From Rhynchobatus australiae (taxonomy: Eukaryota): a stretch of DNA of 61,811 nt. Numbering within the stretch: position 1 is the stretch's first letter; every line of letters begins with the position of its first letter. Below, one piece after another: positions 36,786 through 49,500 of the stretch. The DNA lies in the NCBI GenBank assembly GCA_034780895.1, contig JAUZTB010000071.1, positions 18,605,521 through 18,667,331 of the forward strand, in the 5' to 3' direction. The translations under genes and the position numbers were made by a program. Under the pieces are notes generated by a model, which searched no databases, was not told where the DNA came from, and saw only the letters and a program-made list of their open reading frames with translations.

Positions 36786-37632
36786 TTGCCAGTAACAGAG
36801 AAATATTAGGTGTGAACTTTATGTTATGAAACCAAGACAGTTGAAGGTGAATGGAGGAGGATTTATTTACGTGAGTGGATATGTAAAATAGTTGAATCTG
36901 TGAACTAAAATGAGTTGGACGAATTTTATATTTCTCCAGAAATTTATTTCTACTAAAGCTAAAATATATCACAATGAGTTTTGCTTAATAGGTTTATAAA
37001 CAAGATATCCCTCTCCACTAAGATCACCAATGGGAATGGCCTGAGATGCTGGACTAATAATTTTCCCAGTCATATGTTTTCACACAATATTGGCCAAAAA
37101 TAACTGATGCTTCCAGATTCCAAAACCTAAAGTAATTTAAGGGCTAGGGGGCCTGAAAGGTTTCTAGTCCATTGGCAGCTCCGATCAAGGAACCAGACCC
37201 CATTGGTATAGAATTTCCTATTCATGTATCTTGAATTTAGTCACTGAAGTGATTTAATCTATTGGACCAGAATTGGCTGGGAAATTCCAGAAATTCCACA
37301 GAACTACCAGCACTTCTCAGTGTGAGAACCATCAAATACAAGCTTCCTATGTTAATGCTGAAGTCCCAGATATGCTAGCTGCCCTTCATAAATAATTTTC
37401 ACTGATTGCATTCAGACATTGGAATCCAAATGGAGTCAGGTGGTGCAGTCTGAACTTGCAGCAAGTTTGACTTGGCTCAGGAACAGTGAGTCACCTCATT
37501 TCAGCGAAGAGCAATGTCAATGAGGGACCAGGGTAAGTATCAGATAATTAATGTTCTTTTGAATTAAGTTTTAAGTAAACTAAATTTTTAACAAAATTTG
37601 TAACAGTTCTACTTACATTTAATAATCTTAGA

Positions 37633-37877
37633 TGAAAAACACGATGATGCTGGAGGAACTCAGCAGGCTAGGCACCATCCGTGGAGAAAAGCAGGTGGTC
37701 AACATTTGGGGCCAGGACCCTTCCTCAGGACCCGAAACTTCTTCAGGTCCCGAAGAAGGGTAATGAACTGAAACGTTGATCACCTGCTTTTCCCTACGGA
37801 TGCTGCCTGGCCTGCTGAGTTCCTCCAGCATCATCGTGTTTTTCATCTGGATTCCAGCATCTGCAGTCCTTTATTTC
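37633..37877. mobile_element. Young palindromic Penelope-like-element end with a 15-bp TSD
   Basis: About 100-bp inverted arms (tgaaaaacacgatgatgctggaggaactcagcagg / cctgctgagttcctccagcatcatcgtgtttttca). The direct repeat TTTAATAATCTTAGA occurs at 37618-37632 and 37878-37892. Confidence 0.9.
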
Positions 37878-38399
37878 TTTAATAATCTTAGAATGCATTT
37901 GAATACGACTGAATGCTACATTTGACAGCTGGCTAAGCAGGGGTGTGGCTTTGCTGTTTTATTAGCTACTTTGTGGGTAGACCTTGTACTACACCCATCC
38001 TACCTCCACCCCCATTCCTGCACAACAGCATTGTGTCATGCAAAATCCTGTTGCTGCGCTGAGCCTTGCTCTGCAGGTTTGGTACAGCTTCAGGGATCAA
38101 GTTCACAATGGTAAATCTGGAAGTGGTAACATCATATTTATTACAGAGCTTGGTGATAAGTACTGGGGGCTTGCTGCTGGAAGCAAGTTCTACCTTGATG
38201 TATCTCACTTTGCAGTGTTGGAAATCTAAAATTTTCTGCTGCTGCTGTATCAAGACAGCAATAATGAATAGGTCTGAAGGAAATGGGAGGAAAATAAACA
38301 AGACTTAGCTGAGGTTTTATAACCCTGCAGGATAACCAATGGAATGGTGTGGAGGGGAATAAAAAAATGTTTTTTTAATCTTATATGCTATGACCAAGG

Positions 38400-38720
38400 T
38401 TAAGGCCATTCAGCTCATCAGTACATTGTAGCTCCCAACAAAGCAATTCTATTTGTCTAGCTCCCCCTCTCCTTTTTCCTCAGCACTCCTACACGTTATT
38501 CTCGCTCACAGATTCCTCATTCCCTTTTCATTCTTTTCCACTTACTTACATTGAGATGTAATCTATAGCAGCAAATTAACCTACCAGCATTTCATTGGGA
38601 TGTGGGAGGAAACCAGAAGAGACCTACCCAGTCATGGAGGAACATGCAAGCTCCACAGAGATAACATCCAAGGCCATGATTGAATGCAGGTCCCTCACTA
38701 CTGGACAACCAGGTTGCCCA
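38400..38720 (-). mobile_element. Degenerate V-SINE, with a CR1-like tail remnant at the left
   Basis: aattaacctaccagcatttcattgggatgtgggaggaaaccag...gaggaacatgcaagctccacaga is the V-domain reverse complement; aggccattcagctcatc resembles the CR1 tail. Confidence 0.7.
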
Positions 38721-40899
38721 CCTCAATCTATAAAAGCATTTATGATCACAAATTGATTGCCCACTTTATTCAATAGTTAATTGGTACAAGGAACTATAAC
38801 AGGGAAAATCCACCAATTATTAGCTCAGTTTCAACCCCAGATTGGAACCTTAAATAACAATTCTGTCCTCAAATATTCAACAAATCANNNNNNNNNNNNN
38901 NNNNNNNNNNNNNNNNNNNNNNNNNNNNNNNNNNNNNNNNNNNNNNNNNNNNNNNNNNNNNNNNNNNNNNNNNNNNNNNNNNNNNNNNNNNNNNNNNNNN
39001 NNNNNNNNNNNNNNNNNNNNNNNNNNNNNNNNNNNNNNNNNNNNNNNNNNNNNNNNNNNNNNNNNNNNNNNNNNNNNNNNNNNNNNNNNNNNNNNNNNNN
39101 NNNNNNNNNNNNNNNNNNNNNNNNNNNNNNNNNNNNNNNNNNNNNNNNNNNNNNNNNNNNNNNNNNNNNNNNNNNNNNNNNNNNNNNNNNNNNNNNNNNN
39201 NNNNNNNNNNNNNNNNNNNNNNNNNNNNNNNNNNNNNNNNNNNNNNNNNNNNNNNNNNNNNNNNNNNNNNNNNNNNNNNNNNNNNNNNNNNNNNNNNNNN
39301 NNNNNNNNNNNNNNNNNNNNNNNNNNNNNNNNNNNNNNNNNNNNNNNNNNNNNNNNNNNNNNNNNNNNNNNNNNNNNNNNNNNNNNNNNNNNNNNNNNNN
39401 ACAGCAGATTGTCTCGTAACACTAAGACTTTTAACTAAGTTAAATCTACACAAAATAAATGTCAGGGCATGATCCTCTTGGCTTCTAGGAATCCAACAGC
39501 TGGATTCCTGATAATAGGTTTCAACTGACCAATGAATTCAATCAATAAAGTGGAAAAATGCTTTTTACTATTAGTATGCAGACATTAGATTGTGTTGGTC
39601 AATAGTTCAATTGAGACCAATGAAAATAAAAGCTGTTCTGGTCTTTAGTATGTGCCTGTACATTAGTGTTTGTTGATTTTTTTGTGTACTGAGGGCCAAG
39701 AAATAATCACAAATCAAAATAAGTCCAAAATAACGCAAAGAGACAACACAAATATCTGAAAAATAAGAGGAAAGACCAGTAGGCCTATAAACATAGATAC
39801 CTCATTTATGTACATCTTAACTATGTAACATTCCAGAGAGCATAAAAATGATTAATCTGCTGAATGCATTACTTATGTGCAGTCTGATTACCTTTACATA
39901 TGAATGTGACAAGAAAAAGATTTTGCAGAGTTGGGAGTGGAGAAGGTACCTAGGAAACCTGGCATATGATTTTGATGTAATTGATTAAAGATGATTATAG
40001 ATTCTAACTGGAGCATGAGGTGGGTGTAGCAGTGGGGCATCAATAAGAGTGTCAGCTCCCTATTGCAAAGCTCAGTTACCAAATAATGGGACTTTGCACA
40101 TTTTTGACTTTGTAAATGTGCTGCCCTTCCCTTCTATAAGGGGCGTAATTTAGGGAGGTTTACAGTCACTGGCCCAACTAGGCTGCGCTCTGGTCATGTG
40201 AGATGTGTGGTCAGTAGCTTGAATGGTTATGAGAAGGTTGGCTTGAGATTGTGGCTTGGGAACCTATGGTTTGAATGGTGGAAGGGTGGCTGGGGAGAAA
40301 ATTGAGACCAGAATTTTGAATGAGAAGCTTAAAAGGTTTGACCTTGTGGGATCAGATCACAGAATCGGGATTTGGACAATTGCAGTGAAAGGGAGGAACT
40401 GAATGGTTACAGTAATTAATCCACTCACTTGGTCGGCATCCCAGACTACTGTGTGACAGAAAGGATACCTCCTGCTACAGAAATCATTTTAGGTGTGTGA
40501 AGATGATTCAAGCAGTCGAATTTCTGCGGTTACGTGAAATGACTAAAAAATAGTCATTCTTTCACCTTGGAGAAGACAATCAGTTAATGCATAATGCTGA
40601 TAAAGGGCATCTTGTAAATGAATTTGTAGGCAACTATAATCGTGGGAGGAATAGTGTTAGGTGAAACAGAAAATGGGCTGAAAATGGGCTTACAGGAAGA
40701 AATAATGCANNNNNNNNNNGTAGGCAAGTTTGAAGTTTAAATTAGTTAGGGTTATCTCTGCTTGTCATTGTCTGGAATGATACTCATTGCTGACCAAACA
40801 GATCTAAATGAAATGAAATGGATCTGTGAACCTCATGGTATGTGATATCAGACAGATGTTGAGTGACCTTGGATTGACCGCAGGGCTCCAATTCTATAA

Positions 40900-41690
40900 T
40901 CTTAGCTCAGGCATTTACACTCTTTCTAACCAAACCGTGTTATTCAAGGAATACAATAGAGAAATGTTCTGTGGTTGAATGCTGCAGATTTCCTGATTCC
41001 AGGAAATCTGAGCAAAGTCAGTGGGATTCAGTAATAAGACTTGGAAAAATTATCCGAGCAGTAGGGAAGGACAAGTATGTGTTGGAGATGTTATGACTGG
41101 GTATGAACAAATACTGTGGGGTGTCATTTGCATCAATACTGGGACATTCGTTGCTTTAAATCAGCAACTTAGATTCANNNNNNNNNNNNNNNNNNNNNNN
41201 NNNNNNNNNNNNNNNNNNNNNNNNNNNNNNNNNNNNNNNNNNNNNNNNNNNNNNNNNNNNNNNNNNNNNNNNNNNNNCTGCCAATATTTCTTATGAACAT
41301 AAATGACCGGATTCAGAAATTTAATGCAAAGTTTCACAGTTCCAGATGATCCTAATGAAGGGGGTTAGGAAGCTGAGAAATTAACTGAGGAGGAATCTTA
41401 ATATATAACATTAAATCGGACAATATATTGTTGGGGCAAGAGTGAAATATCACATACAGGAAGAAATATCAGACAACAGAAGTACTCCATGAATAATGCA
41501 AAAAAATAGAATGGATTATACATGGGAGTTTTATCAAACAATACTCAACTCTTCCAAATGTTAGACAAGTAGGTAGACATTATACTTAATTTGAACACAA
41601 CTCTGGTCAGACTATCGCTCAAGTACAATTTCCAGGCCCAGTCATTAAGATGAAACAAATATTCAAGGTCTTTGGACTGTGAGGGTAGAC
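40900..41690 (+). mobile_element. Highly decayed CR1 reverse-transcriptase relic
   Basis: Fragments TWKNYPSSREGQVCVGDVMTGYEQILWGV, FLMNIND, cagttccagatgatcctaa (FADDTK-like) and ctctggtcagactatcgctcaagtac (LVRPHLEY-like) occur in the expected order. Confidence 0.55.
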
Positions 41691-42002
41691 AGTGCAGAGG
41701 TGATTCACCAGGATGTTGCCTGGATTGGGGCGTTACAGCGATAAGGAGAGGTGGGTCAGGCTGAGTTTGTTTTTGCTGGAGTGTAGGAGACTGAGAAATG
41801 ACCTGCTGGAGATGGATAAAATTATAAGCAGCATCAGTGAAGTAGATAGTACTTTTTTTCCCATGATGGGGTTGTCTAAAACATGAGGACATGAGTTTAA
41901 GGTGAGAGGCTGGAGGTTTAGAGAAGTCTGAAGGGGGTTATTTTTCACACAGACTGTGGTTGAATTCTTAAATATGCTGCCTGAAGAGGCAGTGGAGGCA
42001 AG
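41690..42002 (+). mobile_element. CR1 LINE ORF2 C-terminal fragment
   Basis: gtgcagaggtgattcaccaggatgttgcctggattgg...gaggacatgagtttaaggtgagagg...tttttcacacagactgtgg; homologous to 21130-21430. Confidence 0.9.
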
Positions 42003-42771
42003 ATAGTTCTGCTCTTCCCCAATGCTACCTGAAGCTTCATTAACCTGCTCAGGGACTGGGTGTTAAAACCAATTCAACATTCCCACTCACTGCAGAAAAT
42101 GGCCTCTTCCAATTGTTTTCAATGCCCATGGATAGGAAGCAGAAAAATTAGTGCTGACTCCCATTCCCAACACACAATACAGAAGGTGCTGCTGCAGAGT
42201 GTGCTCATGATGTTTAGGTTGAAAAGAGCATAGAGCTTGGCTGTGGTGCAAAGGACGGAAAACTGCCCTTGATTTACTGATTGGTGTTATGCTACCCATT
42301 CATGGATTATCATTTTGTTTGAAGTAACACGGGTCACAAATTCCAGTCTTCGGTATCCAGGTTTGCAGGCTAAAGAAAGGAAAGCAGCCAGTGCCCAAGG
42401 AACTACACTCCGGCAGCTGCCAGCAAATGAACAAAAAATGTGAGTTCAAATTCTACACTTAAAAAGAATGAAACGGTATATACACTGTGCTACATCAGAA
42501 ACCCCATAATTTGAGGTTCTCAGATAATTATTATTCTATTCTTGTATTCAAGGGAATAATTGAATATCTTCACTGCTTGAATGGTGATCTGTGGGAATAG
42601 ATCACTCAGTGAATGAAGACCATTCTTAGAATTGTACATTTGTGCAGCCCAATGATTCATTCATTGGAGTTTATAGTCCACATAACTTTGTTGAAAATTA
42701 TCATGTGAGCACCAGAACTAATTTAGTCACAAGCTAAATACTGTGGATGTTGCAAATTAGAAATAGAACAC

Positions 42772-43856
42772 TGATTACAGCTTGGCATTCAACACCATCC
42801 CGTCAGTACTAATCAACAACTTCAAAACCTGGGCCTCAGTACCTCCCTCTGCAACTGGATCCTCGACTTCCTTATTGGGAGACCACAGGCAGTGCGGATC
42901 AGTAATAACATCTCCTCCTCGCTGACAATCAACACAGGCGCACGTCAAGGATGCATGCTTAGTCCACGGCTCTATTCTCTCTACACTCATGACTGCATGG
43001 CTAGGCACAGCTCAAACACCATCTGTAAATTCGCCAATGAAACCACTGTTGTTGGTCGAATCTCAGATGGTGACAAGGAAGCATACAGGAGTGAGATAGA
43101 TTGGCTGGTTGAGTGGTGTTGCAAAAACAATCTCACTCTCAACATCAGCAAGACAGAGGAATTGATAGTGAACTTCAGGAAGGGGAAGTTGGGAAACCAC
43201 ACACCAGTCCTCATTGAGGAGTCAGTGGTGGAAAGGTTGAGCAGCTTCAAGTTCCTGGGTGCCAACATCTCAAAGGATCTATCCTGGGCCCAACACATTG
43301 ATGCAATCACAAAGAAGGCATGCCAACGGCTTTACTTCATTAGGAGTTTGAGGTGATTTGGTATATCACCAAAGACACTTGCAAATTTCTACAGATATAC
43401 GGTGGAAAGCATTCTGACTGGTTGTATCATTGCCTGGTATGGATGCTCCAATATGCAGGATCAAAGGAGGCTGCAAAGGGTTGTAGACTCAGCCAGCTCC
43501 ATCACGGGCACATCCCCCCACCATCAAGGACNNNNNNNCAAGGACATCTTCAAGAGGCGGCGCCTCAAGAACGCGGCATCCATCATTAAGGACCCTCACC
43601 ATTCGGGACCAGTCCTCTTCTCTACTACCATCAGGGGCCTGAAGACCCACACTCAATGTTTCAGGGACAGCTTCTTCCCCTCTGCCATCAGATTTCTGAA
43701 TGGTCCATGAACCTATGAACACTACTCCATTATTCCTCTTTTGCACTATTTATTTATTTTTGAAACTTATGGTACTTTTTATGTCTTGCACTGTACTGCT
43801 GCTGCAAAACAACAAATTTCACGACACATGTCAGTAATAATAAATCTGATTCTGAA
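42772..43856 (+). mobile_element. 5'-truncated Rex1/Babar LINE with a defective reverse transcriptase
   Basis: [10 protein letters not shown]; [20 protein letters not shown]; [11 protein letters not shown] (the FADD catalytic motif is mutated); [15 protein letters not shown]; FKFLG; premature stop at 43354-43356; ESILTGCIIAWYG; FRDSFFPSAIRFLN; tail aataaatctgattctga. Confidence 0.95.
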
Positions 43857-43950
43857 ACAGAAAATTATGGAAACACTCAGCAGGTCAAGTAGCACCTGTA
43901 GAGAGAGAAATAGAAGTAATATTTCAAATCAGTGACATTTCATCACAACA
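43856..43950 (-). mobile_element. Penelope-like-element end, remainder of the copy split by Rex1 (other part at about 42735-42771)
   Basis: aaatactgtggatgttgcaaattagaaatagaacac before the LINE continues as aacagaaaattatggaaacactcagcaggtcaagtagc after it. Confidence 0.7.
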
Positions 43951-44385
43951 GATTTAAAAGCTGAGATGACAGCCATTCACTAAATAAAACTGTAACACTC
44001 AATAATTGTTAGAATCTCTGTTTAATCTCCTGAAGATTACAGTGGGATTTCCTGATGTTTCAAGAAATGTTCTTGTGCATTTTGAGAATATATTTTAGAA
44101 ATTATTTCTTCAAATTTTTTAAAGAAACTATTTTACAGATGATATTAATAGAAAACAGGTACAAACTCTGGAAACCAAAGATTTTCACATCTCATACTAA
44201 ATTCTAATGTTCTGAAAAATAATCTTATTTTATTTAGCTCAGAACTTGAAGAAATGAGATTATATTGCCATAGAATGATTTTAGCTCAGGACAAGATTAC
44301 AAAATTGGTTGAATTTCCAGATTAAATCAGCTGTCTTTTCATACTCAAAATCTATAATTGCTGCTTGAATTTTTATAAAGCAAAT

Positions 44386-44387
44386 AT

Positions 44388-44423
<36 letters not shown>

Positions 44424-44462
44424 ACATGCTCACATGTGCATCTCTATCAGCATGTGCATGCA
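44386..44462. repeat. (TG)n microsatellite with an RY flank
   Basis: tgtgtgtttg(tg)n followed by cacatgctcacatgtgca. Confidence 0.95.
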
Positions 44463-44939
44463 TTTCCAAGTACATTGAACTTGGTTAGAACTTGCTATCA
44501 CAACTTGTTCACCCAACACCACACTCCATTCTCATCTCTCAATGGGAGAGGAGACAGTTGGTGTTCATTTTCAAATCTCACGCATAAAGAAAAGACAAAT
44601 ATAAACATTTAATATCTATTATACAATTTACAGCATGACTTGGTGCATTCAAATGAAGGAGAAAAATTGGAGGGTGTTTAAAACAGAATTTAAAGAGAGT
44701 GCACCACAAATTCTTCCACGTTTAGATTTGAGTTTGTCCATATTGTTGAGTTAATTAACATTAATATGCAGAAGGAAGTATCAGTGAAATTCATCTCCAG
44801 TTGATAAATGCAGATGCAAATATCATCTGTCTGCTTTACTCAACTTCATACTTTATCAATAAGTCGGAAAGTGTTGGAGGTGAGTTCAACTGGATACGCC
44901 GGGACATACATCAGGTGTAATTATGAGTGCAGACAGAAA

Positions 44940-45698
44940 CTAATCCAGACAAGTGTGAGGTATCGGACTTGGGAGGTCAAATGTAAGAGGAAAGTATACA
45001 TGGCAGGGCCTCAGAAACATTGATGTAGAGAGGGATCTTGGAGTTCAAGTCCATAGCTTCCTGAAAGTAGCAACACAAGTGGATAGAGTGGTAAAGAGGG
45101 CACGTGACATCCTTGCCTTCATCAGTCGGGGCACTGAGTATAAAAGTTGGGAAGTCATGTTGCAGCTGCATAAAACTTTGTTTAGGCCACATTTGGAGGA
45201 TTGTGTACAGTTCCAGTCACATCACAGGAAAGCTATGGAGAGGGTGCAGAAGAGGTTCACTAGGAATTGGCCGGATTAGAGAGCACCCGCTCTGAGGAGA
45301 GACTGGACAAACTTGGTTTGTTTCTTCTGGGGTGCTGGAGGCTGAGGGGTGGCCTGATAGAGGTATATAAAATTATGAGGGACATAGATAGGGTAGATAG
45401 TCAGAGACATTTTTCCCAAGGTAGAATTATCAAATACTAGAGGGCATAGATTCAAGGTGAGAAAGGGAATGTTTAAAGGAGAGTTACAAGGCAAGTTTTT
45501 TGCACAGAGACTGGTGGGTCACCAGAACAGTTGCCATGGGAGGTAGTAGAAGCAGATATGTTAGCAATGTTTGAGAGGCATCTAGGCAGGCACATGAACA
45601 GCATTGGGAAGGGAGGGATATGGACTATGTACAGGCAGATAGGATTAATTTATATTGGCATCATGGCCCTGTTCCTGTGCTGTACTGTTCTGTGTTCT
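44940..45698 (+). mobile_element. 5'-truncated CR1 LINE
   Basis: VDRVVKRARDILAFISRGTEYKSWEVMLQLHKTLFRPHLEDCVQF...MERVQKRFTR, with the tail cctgttcctgtgctgtactgttctgtgttctgt. Confidence 0.93.
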
Positions 45699-46379
45699 GT
45701 GTTGGTGGCTTACATTCATGTTGGGAATGAGTGAGAAATTTCTTTCCCTTTTGTCTGGAGTAGGAGTCTTTGAAATTTGTTTGTGGATTCCTACAGAAAT
45801 ATATAACATACAGAAAATTTCAGCTGGAACTTCACACCTATGACAATTTGGTGAGCTGAAGTTAAGACACAATGAAAATTTGCCACAAGCAGGGTATAAG
45901 TTGTTCTATTCCAAACCTTTTGCTCAGCTTTTGTCACTACTCCCAAGGAAGACCAATGGTCTAGAAATATTTTGATACCACATCCATTCTGAGAGGGCAA
46001 ATTGAGCACACAAGCATCCAAATAGGTGAGTAAGAAGCATGTGCACATTCTGTGGCAGGAGCATCATGATTACTATTTTGGAACATGAGGTCTTCATCAG
46101 AAAGAAGCCTTAGGCATAACACCTAAAATCTGTTCCATGATGATATCCTGAACTGGCCTCCTTTTAACCCTGCCAACTCCACGTGGCCTAACTATTAGCT
46201 CTGAAAGGGATTGGTGGAGGTTGCAAGCAAGTTTAACAAAACATATATGTCTGCTTTGTCTCATATGGTAGCATNNNNNNNNNNNNNNNNNNNNNNNNNN
46301 NNNNNNNNNNNNNNNNNNNNNNNNNNNNNNNNNNNNNNNNNNNNNNNNNNNNNNNNNNNNNNNNNNNNNNNNNNCTCAT

Positions 46380-46545
46380 ATGGTAGCATTGTCACTTCTG
46401 AATCAAGAGATTCGGGGTTAAAATCCCATTCCAGAGTGTGAAGTCCTGAAAAACAAGGCTGATATTCCAATAAGGGAAGGTACCACTGCCTGAAATGCTT
46501 TTATTTGGGAAAGGTGTTAAGCTGAAGCACTGTCTGCTCTCTCGT
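46380..46545 (+). mobile_element. DeuSINE (SacSINE1-like) 5' fragment
   Basis: tggtagcattgtcacttctgaatcaagagattcggggttaaaatcccattccagag...caaggctgatattcca...tgttaagctgaagcactgtctgctctctc. Confidence 0.7.
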
Positions 46546-49500
46546 GTGGTTGCATTGGTAGAATGAGATGTGGGTATGAGGTTTGCAGTTGCTGAGCATT
46601 TGAGAGTGCAGTGCAGTGGATGTATATTAGGAATGAATGCTGATTGAGAGACTTTGTTGGGAGTTGTGAATGAGAGGTGTGTGTCCAAGACTTATGGTGC
46701 ATTTGACAATGCATTTGTGATCTTGACAATTAATTTGGGTCTTTGAGCCTCCTTCACCACTGCATTCAGTTCTTCAGGGATTGACCTCGTATTGAACCAT
46801 ATCATCCCATCCCAACCCTTGTCACCATTATCTCCTTTCAGTGTCCATCAGGTGGACCTTCTGCACCACTGCGGACATAACGCATTTCACCTTCTTTAGG
46901 CTATCTTTACCAAGGACTCTAGTGCAGTGTCCAAAAGCCATGGAACCTGTAATGTGTCATGTTTCTACATCAGATTAATTTCTAAGAAGACTCACACCAT
47001 TTTCCAGAGCAACAGTGCACCTAACAATTCAATGAAGTAAGCTAGCTTTAAATTGTACAGGCTTGCTTTAAGTAGCAGAAGCCTCAAAAGCAATTGGGCT
47101 CTCTGCTTAGATATACAGCTAATAAACAGCACAGTTAATGCTGGCTGCATGCACAAATCAAGTAAATGAGCAGGTAACATGCAGTAGGGATGACGTTGCA
47201 TCAGAAGCAATGTTCACAGGTTAATTGCACTTGATGATCTCTGCACATATTATGAGGTATTATCCAGTTTAGCCTCAGGTATGTCACTGTTCTCTCTACA
47301 CAACTTGACTAAGCACGGAGAAAGCTAGTTTGTCTGAAAAGCTATGAGTGACAAATAGTTCTCACACACCAAATCTCAAAATCTTGAGTTTGGAGTCAAC
47401 TACTTTATATGCCTTAAAGCCAGATTTTTATCAGGTAATGTGATGAGCCATTGTAGCAAGATCGACTTTTCTTTACAGGCTCAGGATATATCAGCTGTTC
47501 TGGATCAGTCTATTAGTAGGCATGCTGGTTGACAACTATAGGTGCCTGAAGGCAGGGTCTATCAATTCATCTGATAGTGTACATTATGTCAGTTGTTCCT
47601 GTCACTAATCTATGTGAAAATTTGAATTTTCATTTTATCCTCTACTTGAAAGAAATGTAGGAACATAAATGCTTAAATGGATAAGTTGTGTTTGGATAGT
47701 TAATTTCCAAACAATATTGTTATGAAACAATATTTGTGGAAATTTAGGGTTAAAGAAAGAAGANNNNNNNNNNNNNNNNNNNNNNNNNNNNNNNNNNNNN
47801 NNNNNNNNNNNNNNNNNNNNNNNNNNNNNNNNNNNNNNNNNNNNNNNNNNNNNNNNNNNNNNNNNNNNNNNNNNNNNNNNNNNNNNNNNNNNNNNNNNNN
47901 NNNNNNNNNNNNNNNNNNNNNNNNNNNNNNNNNNNNNNNNNNNNNNNNNNNNNNNNNNNNNNNNNNNNNNNNNNNNNNNNNNNNNNNNNNNNNNNNNNNN
48001 NNNNNNNNNNNNNNNNNNNNNNNNNNNNNNNNNNNNNNNNNNNNNNNNNNNNNNNNNNNNNNNNNNNNNNNNNNNNNNNNNNNNNNNNNNNNNNNNNNNN
48101 NNNNNNNNNNNNNNNNNNNNNNNNNNNNNNNNNNNNNNNNNNNNNNNNNNNNNNNNNNNNNNNNNNNNNNNNNNNNNNNNNNNNNNNNNNNNNNNNNNNN
48201 NNNNNNNNNNNNNNNNNNNNNNNNNNNNNNNNNNNNNNNNNNNNNNNNNNNNNNNNNNNNNNNNNNNNNNNNNNNNNNNNNNNNNNNNNNNNNNNNNNNN
48301 NNNNNNNNNNNNNNNNNNNNNNNNNNNNNNNNNNNNNNNNNNNNNNNNNNNNNNNNNNNNNNNNNNNNNNNNNNNNNNNNNNNNNNNNNNNNNNNNNNNN
48401 NNNNNNNNNNNNNNNNNNNNNNNNNNNNNNNNNNNNNNNNNNNNNNNNNNNNNNNNNNNNNNNNNNNNNNNNNNNNNNNNNNNNNNNNNNNNNNNNNNNN
48501 NNNNNNNNNNNNNNNNNNNNNNNNNNNNNNNNNNNNNNNNNNNNNNNNNNNNNNNNNNNNNNNNNNNNNNNNNNNNNNNNNNNNNNNNNNNNNNNNNNNN
48601 NNNNNNNNNNNNNNNNNNNNNNNNNNNNNNNNNNNNNNAAAAATGTACAAAATATCATGAAAAGAATGTGCAATTGTGTTTTGAATTCTTTACTGTTTTA
48701 AGAGACAACATCTTTCAAATAAAAGGGCAGAGAGGGATTTGATATGATTGGCCATTTGTCTAAAATATTAGCACAAAAATAAACTATTATTTTGTTTATT
48801 TTAGCTTTTACTTTGACTAACTTGAAGTATTAAAATACTCTTGATATGTGGGCAAAACAATGATTAGATATTGCTGTGCATTTTTTTTTAGTAAATGGAG
48901 TAAAAAATGATTGTTGTTTAATATCAGTCATTGTACTTAAATGTGAAACATTTTGAATACCTAAGTGCTGTCCACTCAAATTGGGTTGGGGACATTTTGG
49001 CTCCACTATGAAAATTCTCACAAAAATCTCCTAATAAATGAATGATCAACTCCTCCTTCCCCGTTTACAGTTTATTTGTTGTAACACAGAATTCTCAACT
49101 GCTGCTTGAACCTATGGAATGATTTTTGAAAGCCAGAAAGGCCCAAAAGGTTGACAACAACAACTGAATTGGAAATTATGATCAAACAGTATTAATGGAT
49201 GAAAATATGAACCAGACCAAGGAAACGACGATTACAAGCTGAACGAAGGACTTGACTCATAGACTCATTATCACATTCATCATCGCCCAATCCTGGTATT
49301 GTACAAGAGGTTATCCATTATTACTTAAGCAGAATAGGTAATTATTTTGTGAAATGCAAATAAGCTCTCCTGCTTTAAATCTGAAGAATAGATAGAGGGT
49401 TAACATAGTCCAAAAACAACGTTGTGAATAGAGATAGCAGTTAATGGAATGTCATGATTTGAGCAGCTACATGTAATGTAATTAAACAAAGTTCTAAAAT

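Noticed and set aside
2419-37531. Scattered plus-strand micro-exon-like segments (about 2419, 2881, 7617, 17835, 22624, 29315, 37415)
   Set aside because: They have plausible AG/GT sites but no consistent reading-frame chain or recognisable peptide, and one overlaps a SINE relic. This is within chance expectation.
46985-47260. Repeat-free stretches that look like conserved non-coding elements (also about 5040-5400 and 52700-52870)
   Set aside because: Conservation cannot be judged from one sequence and needs a multi-species alignment.
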